This document shows, in pieces, positions 1 to 8,467 of a stretch of 43,617 nucleotides of DNA. This stretch comes from Smithella sp. (GTDB lineage: Bacteria; Desulfobacterota; Syntrophia; Syntrophales; Smithellaceae): NCBI GenBank assembly GCA_030018675.1, contig JASEHT010000002.1, positions 1 through 43,617 of the forward strand, written 5' to 3'. Numbering within the stretch: the first letter of the stretch is position 1; the number at the start of each line of letters is the position of its first letter. Under the pieces are notes generated by a model. The model saw only the letters and a program-made list of their open reading frames with translations. It was not told the DNA's origin and ran no database searches. Made by a program: the position numbers and the translations under genes.

Positions 1-387
1 TCTTTTCTTCGCCGGTATGTTATCCAGTACTCTTTGGAAAAAATCTGCCACACATGCCTGAACCTTTTTGTGGGTTTTCTTACCTTCGCTCGTCAACGTA
101 AGCGTTACCGCGCGGGAATCGTGCGCAACCGCTTCCCGTTTTAAAAGCCTTTTGGCGATCAGCGGATTTACCAACCGCGTTGTCGTGCTTTTCTCCACCG
201 CAAGCCATGTGTGCAAATCGGCCATCAGCATTTCTCTGGAACCGGCTACCGCATCCAGAATCATAAACTGATGAAAAGTGACTCCTTCACAGAAAGCCTC
301 ATCCCGACAGCAACACCTCATCACCTGCGATAACCCTCTCAGCAAGCCAACGAACTCTGCTGTGTTTTCGTGATTCTTCTTTGACAT
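1..387 (-). CDS. MarR-family winged-helix transcriptional regulator (C-terminal end runs off the window)
   Basis: Absent from the ORF track because it is open at the left edge. Minus-strand translation from ATG 387..385 gives MSKKNHENTAEFVGLLRGLSQVMRCCCRDEAFCEGVTFHQFMILDAVAGSREMLMADLHTWLAVEKSTTTRLVNPLIAKRLLKREAVAHDSRAVTLTLTSEGKK... The segment TFHQFMILD...LADLHTWLAVEKSTTTRLVNPLIAKRLLKR...DSRAVTLTLTSEG is the typical MarR HTH-plus-wing pattern. The N-terminus is unusually Cys-rich (CCCRDEAFC). Confidence 0.75.
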   Translation of the reverse strand, partial: MSKKNHENTAEFVGLLRGLSQVMRCCCRDEAFCEGVTFHQFMILDAVAGSREMLMADLHTWLAVEKSTTTRLVNPLIAKRLLKREAVAHDSRAVTLTLTSEGKKTHKKVQACVADFFQRVLDNIPAKKR

Positions 388-421
388 AGTTGTAACATAC
401 AACTATGTTATCATTTGTCAA
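385..421 (-). promoter_or_regulatory. Candidate MarR operator palindrome overlapping a sigma70-like promoter, possibly giving a leaderless transcript
   Basis: Perfect inverted repeat CATAGTTGTA-aca-TACAACTATG at 385..407 includes the MarR start codon. On the minus strand, TTGACA (421..416), 16 nt, then TATGTT (399..394) ends 6 nt before the ATG. No Shine-Dalgarno is present. Confidence 0.4.
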
Positions 422-556
422 GGGGGATCTTTTATCGAAAGAATGGATTGAAAAATATAATTTATGCTTGATGTTTAGACGTAAGATTTAAAGACCAATC
501 CGCTATCGGCTTCTCCCGTCCCTTGCGCTCCGGATATCATTGAAATGTATGTAATA

Positions 557-1090
557 TTATTGGGAGGTCTCCTGTGCGACAATGGCATCCAGTTGCTCCA
601 TCGCGTCATCCATGGTTCCGGTGTTTAAAATATACGCATCGGCCAGGGCGATGGGAATCGCCGTTCCGTAAGCAACTTCTCTCTGGTCGCGTTCGTCAAA
701 GGATTGGGGAAAATCGTCTTCCCGCCCTCTCGCAACGACCCGTTCAAACCTCAACTGTCTGGGCGTCAATACGGCGACAACGACGCCATCGGCCTTTTCA
801 CGGATCAGTTCAATTTCGGGCCATGATCGCATGCCCTCCAGAAACCCTACCTCTGCTCCGGATTTTAGGATTTCATCAAGGGCAAGTCTGGTAACGCCCA
901 TTCCATCTTCTCCGCGCAACTCATCGGAAATTTCCGCGGAAGTGGTCGGGTCCGCTTCCAGTCCTCTTATTTTAGCTTCGGACCGGACAATGTCGCCTGT
1001 GGAATAATAGACCATATCACGGGTCCCCGCATAAAGACGGGCAATATTCTTACCGGCCGCCGGCATTCCCACGACAATAAATATTTTCAT
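557..1090 (-). CDS. P-loop nucleotide/nucleoside kinase-like protein (dephospho-CoA kinase / adenylate kinase-like AAA family)
   Basis: N-terminal Walker A (VGMPAAGKN) in a 177-aa protein the size of small NMP-kinase folds. A strong SD (GAGGAGG) lies 4 nt upstream of the ATG. Confidence 0.55.
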   Translation of the reverse strand: MKIFIVVGMPAAGKNIARLYAGTRDMVYYSTGDIVRSEAKIRGLEADPTTSAEISDELRGEDGMGVTRLALDEILKSGAEVGFLEGMRSWPEIELIREKADGVVVAVLTPRQLRFERVVARGREDDFPQSFDERDQREVAYGTAIPIALADAYILNTGTMDDAMEQLDAIVAQETSQ

Positions 1091-1293
1091 GCCCCCTCCT
1101 CAAACGACTTTTATTCCCTTATAATTTAAATCGTAAAAATCGTCCAGCAATTTTAAACGTGGTGAACGCAAACGAAGGCCGTGCCGTTTTGGATTTGTGA
1201 TGTTTTCTGAATGGCCAAGGCAAGTCAAAAAAGGAATCGTGAGAGCAGGCCTAAATCTTTTCATCTTATTTGAACCCGGAAAAACCGGAGGCG

Positions 1294-2682
1294 TTATTCA
1301 ATGTCGGTTACAGCCTTTTGCAAATTCCGCACATTGGTTTGAACACTATTTCCAATTCTTTTCAGCAAGACATCCAGCATGGTTGAGGCCCGCTTGATGG
1401 TTGCCTTATCGAATACATCGCTTCTCCACAGCCATTCCACGTCAAGAATCCATTCACCATCGGACAATCGCTCCCAAAAATTGAAAACAATGTCTTCGTG
1501 GGTATTTTTGCCTGTTGCAACATCGAAGCGCTCCAGATCAGCATCGGGCAGGCTGATGTCAATGTCGGCGGCTTTACGGTAGCTGATATATACTTTATAG
1601 GGCGGTTGACGTCGCGCTGTGCATTCCATATTCAGATCTTCGGCAAACATTTCAAACGGCATGTCTTGATGCTGCCTTGCGTTTAAGAAACGTGATCTAA
1701 TTTCTCTGAGCATTTCATTTATTTTTAGATCCGGTTGGATATTCAGAGAAATAATAATGTTGGTAAAAAAACAGCCGATCAATTGCTCCGCGCCCGGAAC
1801 TTGTCTGTTTGCATTGGCGATGCACAGAATGACACGCGAATTGCGGTATAAATGACCCACCAGCAACGTTATGGCTGCCAGAACAATCGTGAACAGAGTA
1901 CTCTTTTCCTGATCGGCAATGATTTTGCATTGGCTGATCGTGTCCGGAGCTATGATTTGCTGCAAAGACTCATACGACGGTGTGACGTCATTGGTGTTAT
2001 GTTGCGGTATCGCGCCTAACGGAGGCTCCCCATGAGTGCACCCGGCGAAAAAATCGCGCCAATATTGATGCCGGCTCGCAATATTTTCGCCGGAAAGCAA
2101 TCGTTCCTGTTTTTTCACGAACTCGCTATACTGAAACGTAAGCGGAGGCAATGCCAATGTCTTGCCCGTTACCATCGCGGCATATAAGGCCGTCAATTCG
2201 GCATTAAAAATACGTCTTGAAACGTAATCGCTGATGATGTGATGAATAACAAACATCAGCATGGATTCATCATTGCTCAATTTTACGGATACAACCCTTA
2301 ACATATTATCGTGACAAAGATTAAAAGGTCTGACAAGCGCCTCCTGCATCATTTGACCGGCCGTACCGGAAATGTCATCGTCGTGATGATTCCGCAAATC
2401 CGTATATTCAATATCAAATTGAGGGTCTTTTTCTATAATCTGAAATGGATATCCGTCTCGAGCAAACTGCAATCGGGATCGAAGCGGTTCGTGCCTCACG
2501 GCCAGCGAATACAAGGCCGTACGGAGCGCCTCCATATCCAGGAGGCCCTTGACCCTGTAACATCTTCCAACGTTGTACATCACATGATCATTATAAAGAT
2601 TCTGCAGAAACCAAATGCGCTGCTGAGGAAACGACAGCGGAATTTCCCGGCCTTCACTTAATCTGTGTTTATGAATGATCAC
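1294..2682 (-). CDS. Stand-alone condensation (C) domain protein (NRPS C / PapA5-type acyltransferase superfamily)
   Basis: 462 aa. The N-terminal LSFPQQRIWFLQ motif is typical of C domains. The catalytic HHxxxD motif HHIISD is at residues 147-152 (nt 2227..2244, verified by reverse-complementing). No adenylation, thiolation or thioesterase domain is present in this ORF or in its neighbours. Confidence 0.8.
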   Translation of the reverse strand: MIIHKHRLSEGREIPLSFPQQRIWFLQNLYNDHVMYNVGRCYRVKGLLDMEALRTALYSLAVRHEPLRSRLQFARDGYPFQIIEKDPQFDIEYTDLRNHHDDDISGTAGQMMQEALVRPFNLCHDNMLRVVSVKLSNDESMLMFVIHHIISDYVSRRIFNAELTALYAAMVTGKTLALPPLTFQYSEFVKKQERLLSGENIASRHQYWRDFFAGCTHGEPPLGAIPQHNTNDVTPSYESLQQIIAPDTISQCKIIADQEKSTLFTIVLAAITLLVGHLYRNSRVILCIANANRQVPGAEQLIGCFFTNIIISLNIQPDLKINEMLREIRSRFLNARQHQDMPFEMFAEDLNMECTARRQPPYKVYISYRKAADIDISLPDADLERFDVATGKNTHEDIVFNFWERLSDGEWILDVEWLWRSDVFDKATIKRASTMLDVLLKRIGNSVQTNVRNLQKAVTDIE

Positions 2683-2699
2683 GATTCTCTCCCTGCACG

Positions 2700-3908
2700 T
2701 TAGAAACTATCGCTTTCGTCTTTCCCGTCATACAGAGACCCGAGGTACCGGGAAAGTCTTGCGTCAGCGTCCTTTCTGGGACCGCAGAAAGCGTTCTCGC
2801 GTAATTTGCAAGCGTCGCAATTTGCAGGCAGAAAGTCTCCCCGCGACAGATCCTCTTTGTAACAGGACAGTTGCGGACATTGAACAGCGCTCGCGCTGAA
2901 ACAGCCGGTCAGAAAAAAAGCGTCGCCCCGGCATCCGCCCGTGCAGACACTGAAATGCGAACAATTTCTGCAATGACCGTGTATCCGTAGGTTCGGATAT
3001 CTAAAAAAATCCCGCTGCGGCAAATCAAAAATTTTATTCAGCGATGTTTCCGCATCGGTAAAAATATTGCCCAGAGGAAAAGGCTGTCCCACACACGGAA
3101 CAATCGTCCCGTCAATCAGACAATGAACGCTGTTTTCCGGCATATGGCACGTTTTACCATAGGCCTGAGGGGTCATGGGATAGGTTGTTCCCTTAAATTC
3201 ATGAACATCTATATGCTGAAGCCGGTCATAAACACAAAAAAGCTCCCCGGGAGAAAGATCTAACGGATTGCCTCTCTGAAAACGGTCGGACGCTTTTGTG
3301 CATTCAATAACATGACCGAAGCCCCGTGTTTTCGCGTAGCGGAAAACCTCAAAGAGCTGCCCGCTTTCCACCACCGGTCGTGTGATGCAGCACTGAACGG
3401 CAACCCTTGACGGTTCAAAAACCGATTCAATGTTGGCAAAAGCCCTATTCACCTGATCCAAGGTTCCCTGTTTCCCGACCAGCATGTCTTGTATTTTATT
3501 ATCAGATTCTCCATCACCGATAACATGTCTTTTAACTACAAGATCCGTGCCGGCAGCCTCTATCTTCCGGCAGAAATCCCTATCCGCCAGGAGCATGCCA
3601 TTGGTCACTAGCAATACCTGGTGGAATTTAAAATCCGCGGCGCATTTCAGAAAATCCAGAATACGGGCATGAATGGTCGGTTCTCCGCCCAGAATATAAA
3701 TTTCCTGAAAGCCGGCCAACGATGCCTGCCGCATCGCTTTTTCAAATAACTCCATGGACATATGGGACGGGGAGGAAGCGGGAATATTCGAGGGGTTGTT
3801 AATATAATAACACGTAATGCAATTTAGATTGCAATGACTGGTTATATCAATTCCAAAACCCAGATTGCTGATTGTAAAATCCGTATCAGTTGTTTCTCTG
3901 AAAGGCAT
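2700..3908 (-). CDS. Radical SAM enzyme with C-terminal SPASM domain
   Basis: CX3CX2C (CNLNCITC, residues 26-33, nt 3810..3833). GGEPT SAM-binding motif is present. The full SPASM pattern is GTIVPC ... CRNCSHFSVCTGGC (CX2CX5CX3C) ... C336. Five further Cys follow in the last 60 residues. Confidence 0.85.
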   Translation of the reverse strand: MPFRETTDTDFTISNLGFGIDITSHCNLNCITCYYINNPSNIPASSPSHMSMELFEKAMRQASLAGFQEIYILGGEPTIHARILDFLKCAADFKFHQVLLVTNGMLLADRDFCRKIEAAGTDLVVKRHVIGDGESDNKIQDMLVGKQGTLDQVNRAFANIESVFEPSRVAVQCCITRPVVESGQLFEVFRYAKTRGFGHVIECTKASDRFQRGNPLDLSPGELFCVYDRLQHIDVHEFKGTTYPMTPQAYGKTCHMPENSVHCLIDGTIVPCVGQPFPLGNIFTDAETSLNKIFDLPQRDFFRYPNLRIHGHCRNCSHFSVCTGGCRGDAFFLTGCFSASAVQCPQLSCYKEDLSRGDFLPANCDACKLRENAFCGPRKDADARLSRYLGSLYDGKDESDSF

Positions 3909-3917
3909 AAAAATAAA

Positions 3918-4046
3918 TCACTTTTTTGATAAGGGGTCGCTTCGCATTGAGAGAAGATAGGAAGGTTCTGTTTTTATGTCAATGACTTTTTCTGTGTTAT
4001 TCTTCCGGTATCCGTGTCCTTCTTTTATTGAAAAACGAATATCCAT
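3918..4046 (-). CDS. Unannotated 42-codon ORF, candidate substrate/precursor peptide or small accessory protein
   Basis: Hand translation gives MDIRFSIKEGHGYRKNNTEKVIDIKTEPSYLLSMRSDPLSKK, then TGA. It fills the 147-nt gap between the HlyD and rSAM genes almost exactly, with 9 nt on each side, on the same strand. It has no Cys and no clear SD, and falls below the ORF-track length cutoff. Confidence 0.25.
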   Translation of the reverse strand: MDIRFSIKEGHGYRKNNTEKVIDIKTEPSYLLSMRSDPLSKK

Positions 4047-4055
4047 TTTTCTGCT

Positions 4056-5252
4056 TCATTTGGTCTGTCTTATTTTCGTGCCTTCGCTGATGGAATCGTC
4101 AGGATAGGCAAGAATCTTTTCATTTTCTTTTAATCCGGACATAATTTCCGCCGCCATTCCGTTTCTCTGGCCGATCTCAACAATGCGCTTACGCGCTTTT
4201 CCCCTCTCCTCGACAAAGACAGCCCAATCCCGGTCCGACCGGAACAAAGCGCTTACGGGAATTTGCAGAACATTATTCCCTTCCCAGACAATAAAGTGCG
4301 CTTCCATGCGGAATCCATCGCCCAGAACGCTCCATTGTTCCGGCGGCGACGTAATATCCGCAATCACCAGAACCCGCTGTTCTTCGACGCCCAGACTCGA
4401 TATCTTTGTGAATCCTGCAGGCTCGACCAGGCGAACTTTCCCCTGAAGAGGCTCATCCCTGCCCCAGCGTTTGAAGAGGATGTCCGTCCCGGGTTTAATT
4501 TTAACGGCGTCCGACGAGAGGACTTCCACCCGCACCTCAAGGTCGCGCAAATTGCCGATATCCATCAGCGGTTCGCCGATGTTCACCGCCCCTTCGCTTT
4601 CGCGGTAAACCCTGAATACCGTTCCGCTCAGCGGCGAGGCAACAGCCATCGTGTTGACATCCCTGCTGACAGCGGAGAAATTCTGTAACGTTAGTTTCGC
4701 CCTTTCCAGTTCCGATCCGGCCACGCTTACTTCCGCCTTGACCGAAAGCTGGACCGCCCGCGCTTTCTGCGCTTCGGCGCTGATCTGGTCGAACTGGTCC
4801 CGGGCAATGGACCCTTTTTCATACAGGGCTTTCAATCGCTCCAATCTCTGCTCCAGATAGACGGCATCGGCCCGGGCGACCTTTTCTCTTTCCGAAGCGG
4901 CTTTCAATGCCGCCTCGGCGGAGGCAACAGCGGTTTGTGCCGTCGCCCGGCTTCGCGGATCAAGCGCTTGCGATCTGAGCGGTTCCAATACAGCCACGAC
5001 CTGTTCCTTCGTCACGGAATCTCCCACCTTGACGTGAACGCGTCTCATATATCCGGCCGTGGGCGCGGAAAGGGTAAAACGCTCTTTGAGGCGGGTGCGT
5101 CCTTCCTCTTCAATCGTCACCTGAAGGGGTCCCCGGGTAACCGAAGCGATGTCAACCGCAAGGGTCCGGGGCAGGAAACCGTAGATCATTAAAAAAACGA
5201 CGATCAGCATAACACTGATGATCAGTATTTTTCTGCGCAATATGCCAGTCAT
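4056..5252 (-). CDS. HlyD/MacA-family periplasmic adaptor (membrane fusion protein)
   Basis: N-terminal TM anchor, a lipoyl-like VKVGDSVTKEQVVAVLEP motif, a long Ala/Glu-rich coiled-coil stretch and a beta-barrel C-terminus. It lies adjacent to the ABC permease and ATPase. Confidence 0.8.
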   Translation of the reverse strand: MTGILRRKILIISVMLIVVFLMIYGFLPRTLAVDIASVTRGPLQVTIEEEGRTRLKERFTLSAPTAGYMRRVHVKVGDSVTKEQVVAVLEPLRSQALDPRSRATAQTAVASAEAALKAASEREKVARADAVYLEQRLERLKALYEKGSIARDQFDQISAEAQKARAVQLSVKAEVSVAGSELERAKLTLQNFSAVSRDVNTMAVASPLSGTVFRVYRESEGAVNIGEPLMDIGNLRDLEVRVEVLSSDAVKIKPGTDILFKRWGRDEPLQGKVRLVEPAGFTKISSLGVEEQRVLVIADITSPPEQWSVLGDGFRMEAHFIVWEGNNVLQIPVSALFRSDRDWAVFVEERGKARKRIVEIGQRNGMAAEIMSGLKENEKILAYPDDSISEGTKIRQTK

Positions 5253-5339
5253 GCCATTACTCCTGCCCTGCTTCTTTCTTGTTGTTTATCATATCCTCTC
5301 TTGATTTCAAAGGATAACACGCCCAATGAACATGGCCTC

Positions 5340-7703
5340 TTATTCCTTTGTCTTGAGGACTTCCACCAAATCAAGATGATCCAGTTTGCGCCGGACAATC
5401 AGCCCGGATATTAGCGCCGAAAAGATGACCACCGCCGCCGCCTGGGCATACGTTTTCAATTCGATGACCATCGGCACGCGGAACAAATCGGACGCCAGCG
5501 CGTAAGCGATGTAAGAACAAAGCCAGTAGCCGATAATAAATCCCAGCGGTATAGCCGCCAGCGTAATCAGCGCCAGTTCTCCCAGAAGAATGTAGGCTAT
5601 TTCGCCCCGTGTATATCCCAACACCCGAAGCGACGACAACTCGCGGCTTCGTTCGGCCAGCGATATTCTCGCGCTGTTATAGACCACACCGAACGCGATG
5701 GAACAGGCCATCAGCAGCGCGATAAACGTAAAATACAGCATACCTTTGGCCATCACCTCGTAAATATTATCAATTTCGTTCTGCCGCATCACGACGTCGG
5801 CAACACGCGGCATTTCCACAAACGACCGGAAGAGTTTGTCTCTGTGGAGGGCATCGGTCACCAGGTAGGCGCCGGAGATGGCGTCGCCCTCCCGCATCAG
5901 GCGGTTGAGTGCGTTCAAATTCATGTATCCCATCACGCCCAGATATTGTTTCGCCAGGGCAACCACCGGAACCTGGCGGACGGCTTTGACGCCTTCGAGC
6001 GTTTCGACCGTCAGCATGTCCCCGGCTTTCACGTCGAGAAGCGTTCCCAGATAATCCGTAAGCAGAATGCCCGATTCCGGCAGCGGGATACTCTTCAGGT
6101 TCGTGTCCAGCAGAAGATGCAGCCGTCCCTCCGGCTCAATGCCGTTGATGACGGTTTTGTAACTGCGATGTCCGAATTTGAGTTTTACCGGAACGGACCG
6201 GAACGGTTCGCCGTCATGGATGCCGGGTGTCCGTTTCAGTTCGTATACCGCCTTATAGGAGGTCGGCTCGACAAACGATATTTTCATGTCCTCTTTCTGG
6301 GAAAAGACATATTGAACCTTCACCATAAAATCGATGGAGTCGCTGAAAAAACCGCTGGAAACCATTGTGGCGCAGGCCACGGCGATGCCGACAATGGAAA
6401 GCAGCGTCCGGACGGGTTTCCGCTCCACGTTGCGGGCGATAATCCGCGTCGGTTGTGTGAGCCAGCGGCCGAGGCCCGTTTTTTCGATAAGCGTGACCCG
6501 GTACTTCGCCGGCGCTTCCGGCCTCATCGCTTCGGCCGGCGGTTGTTTGGCGGCCATCCAGAGAGAGTGAACGGTTCCGGCAAGCGCGGACGCCGCGCTG
6601 ACGAAAACGGCAATCACAAGAACGTCCGGATGCAATGTGTAAATGAAGACAGGAAATCGATAAAACTCCATGTAAATACCGCCCATCATTTTCCCAAGCC
6701 AGATGCCGGCGGCAATGCCCGCCAAAATACCGGCGGTAATAATCAGGATAACCATCTTCGCGTAATGAAACGCCACGGCAACATCATCGTAGCCGAACGC
6801 CTTGAGAATGGCGATTTGTTCGCGCTGGGTATTGATGATCCGGCTCATGACAACATTGAGCAGAAAAGCGGCGACGCAGATGAAGATCACGGGATAGATT
6901 CTCGAACTCGTACGGAGTTGTTTCATTTCCTCGCTCAAAAGCCGGTGCGACATCTGATCCTTGCGCCCATACGCTCCGTAGCCGCCGTAACTTCCCAGCA
7001 CATTATCCAGATCCCGGATCACATCGCTTTCCTGGACGCCCGGATAAAGACTTAAAACAACATCATTGAACGCGCCGTCCATGTCGAAAGCCTTGCTGAT
7101 GGCCTTGCGGCTCATCCACAAAATCCCGAATCGTTTGAAGTCGGGTGTCATCGCGCCGATTTTCATCACCAGCACGAATTCGGGAGAAAGCGCGATGCCG
7201 GTAATTGTCAGATTTTTCCATTTTCCGTTAATCACCGCCGCCAGGTGATCGCCGAGCTTGAGTCCGTGCGCCTGAGCGAAGGTTTCATTGATGACCACCT
7301 CATGGTCTTTGAAAGGATCGGGAAGACGGCCTTGTCTGATGTAGAGACGGTTCAGCAGAGGAAAGCCGTCATCGGGAAGGGAAACAATCTTGCCGGTGAC
7401 TGACTCGTTAAATCCCTTAATGTCGAGCTTGGCATGAGCGGAAACGCGCGTTTCCAGTTGATTGACCCCGGGGATGTTTTGCAGTCTGTCCTTGAGGCTT
7501 TCCGGCGCCCGCTTCAGATTCACAAAAACTTCGGCGAAATTGTATTCGCGGTAAAATTGGCTGCGGGTGAAATCCAGCGAATGCATGGTGCTGATAAACA
7601 GGATAAACGTCGCCACGCCGCTCATCACCACCATCGAGATTGCAAGAACCTGGCCTTTCATCCGCCAAAGTTCCCGCCAGAGTTTTCGATCCAGCGCCTT
7701 CAC
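5340..7703 (-). CDS. ABC transporter permease with duplicated FtsX/MacB-type domains
   Basis: 787 aa. It has two blocks, each a TM helix, a large periplasmic segment and three TM helices (FtsX-like architecture). It starts 4 nt downstream of the ATPase stop. Confidence 0.8.
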   Translation of the reverse strand: MKALDRKLWRELWRMKGQVLAISMVVMSGVATFILFISTMHSLDFTRSQFYREYNFAEVFVNLKRAPESLKDRLQNIPGVNQLETRVSAHAKLDIKGFNESVTGKIVSLPDDGFPLLNRLYIRQGRLPDPFKDHEVVINETFAQAHGLKLGDHLAAVINGKWKNLTITGIALSPEFVLVMKIGAMTPDFKRFGILWMSRKAISKAFDMDGAFNDVVLSLYPGVQESDVIRDLDNVLGSYGGYGAYGRKDQMSHRLLSEEMKQLRTSSRIYPVIFICVAAFLLNVVMSRIINTQREQIAILKAFGYDDVAVAFHYAKMVILIITAGILAGIAAGIWLGKMMGGIYMEFYRFPVFIYTLHPDVLVIAVFVSAASALAGTVHSLWMAAKQPPAEAMRPEAPAKYRVTLIEKTGLGRWLTQPTRIIARNVERKPVRTLLSIVGIAVACATMVSSGFFSDSIDFMVKVQYVFSQKEDMKISFVEPTSYKAVYELKRTPGIHDGEPFRSVPVKLKFGHRSYKTVINGIEPEGRLHLLLDTNLKSIPLPESGILLTDYLGTLLDVKAGDMLTVETLEGVKAVRQVPVVALAKQYLGVMGYMNLNALNRLMREGDAISGAYLVTDALHRDKLFRSFVEMPRVADVVMRQNEIDNIYEVMAKGMLYFTFIALLMACSIAFGVVYNSARISLAERSRELSSLRVLGYTRGEIAYILLGELALITLAAIPLGFIIGYWLCSYIAYALASDLFRVPMVIELKTYAQAAAVVIFSALISGLIVRRKLDHLDLVEVLKTKE

Positions 7704-7707
7704 GTCG

Positions 7708-8430
7708 TCACCACACCAGTTCGCTCGCGGATTTCTTGGATGGATTCACTATGATGTCCGCTATCTTCCCGTCGCTGAGATGAATCACGCGGTCGGCCAT
7801 GCCGGCGATATCCGCGTTATGCGTGATGATGGCCGTGGCCGTGCCCAGTTCGCGGTTGATGCGCTCGAGCGCCTGCAGCACCAGAATGCCTGTTTTGGAA
7901 TCGAGCGCGCCGGTCGGTTCGTCGCACAACAGCACCGCGGGGTTTTTGGAAATGGCGCGGGCGATGGCCACGCGCTGCTGCTCGCCCCCGGAGAGCTGAG
8001 CGGGGAAATGATTCATTCTTTCGGTCAGACCGACGAGTTCCAGAGCCTCTTCCGGTTTCATCGGATTTTCGGCAATTTCCGTCACCACCGAAACATTTTC
8101 TTTTGCCGTGAGGCTGGAGATCAGATTGTAAAACTGAAAAACAAATCCGACATGAAAGCGGCGGTACGCCGTCAATTCTTTTTCGGTGGCATTGGTCAGC
8201 TCTTTGCCCCGGTAAAAAACACTACCGCCGGTCGCCGTATCCAGTCCGCCCATGATATTGAGCAATGTGGATTTACCACTGCCCGACGGTCCGAGCAGAA
8301 CCACCTGTTCGCCCGTGTCGAGCTCCATATTCACACCGCGCAGAGCGTGAACCTCCACGTCGCCCATTTTGTAAATTTTGGTCAGGTCGCGCACCTGGAA
8401 AATGTTTTCTTTTAAGTCATTCATGATCAC
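7708..8430 (-). CDS. ABC transporter ATP-binding protein (MacB/LolD-like)
   Basis: Walker [10 protein letters not shown], signature [14 protein letters not shown], Walker [13 protein letters not shown]-loop ITHN. Confidence 0.9.
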   Translation of the reverse strand: MIMNDLKENIFQVRDLTKIYKMGDVEVHALRGVNMELDTGEQVVLLGPSGSGKSTLLNIMGGLDTATGGSVFYRGKELTNATEKELTAYRRFHVGFVFQFYNLISSLTAKENVSVVTEIAENPMKPEEALELVGLTERMNHFPAQLSGGEQQRVAIARAISKNPAVLLCDEPTGALDSKTGILVLQALERINRELGTATAIITHNADIAGMADRVIHLSDGKIADIIVNPSKKSASELVW

Positions 8431-8467
8431 GCTTGTCGTGCCGGAAATGCATGGCCGGAAAAAGCAT

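Noticed and set aside
68-271. 67-aa plus-strand ORF at the left edge
   Set aside because: It is antisense to the MarR-family CDS, which has a clear wHTH signature.
1100-1264. 54-codon minus-strand ORF (MKRFRPALTIPFLTCLGHSENITNPKRHGLRLRSPRLKLLDDFYDLNYKGIKVV) filling the gap between the C-domain and kinase-like genes
   Set aside because: It is highly basic and low-complexity, with no SD. The gap also contains the kinase gene's strong SD and a short hairpin. There is no independent support, so I mention it only as an alternative small-peptide candidate for the rSAM cluster.
5844-7055. Long antisense ORFs opposite real genes (5844..7055, 7567..8415, 31521..32456, 36020..37216, 37422..38138, 39385..40458, 16828..17445 and others)
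   Set aside because: Each lies fully inside a confidently identified gene on the other strand. Their products are Arg/His/Gly-rich and low-complexity with no motifs. These are typical shadow ORFs.
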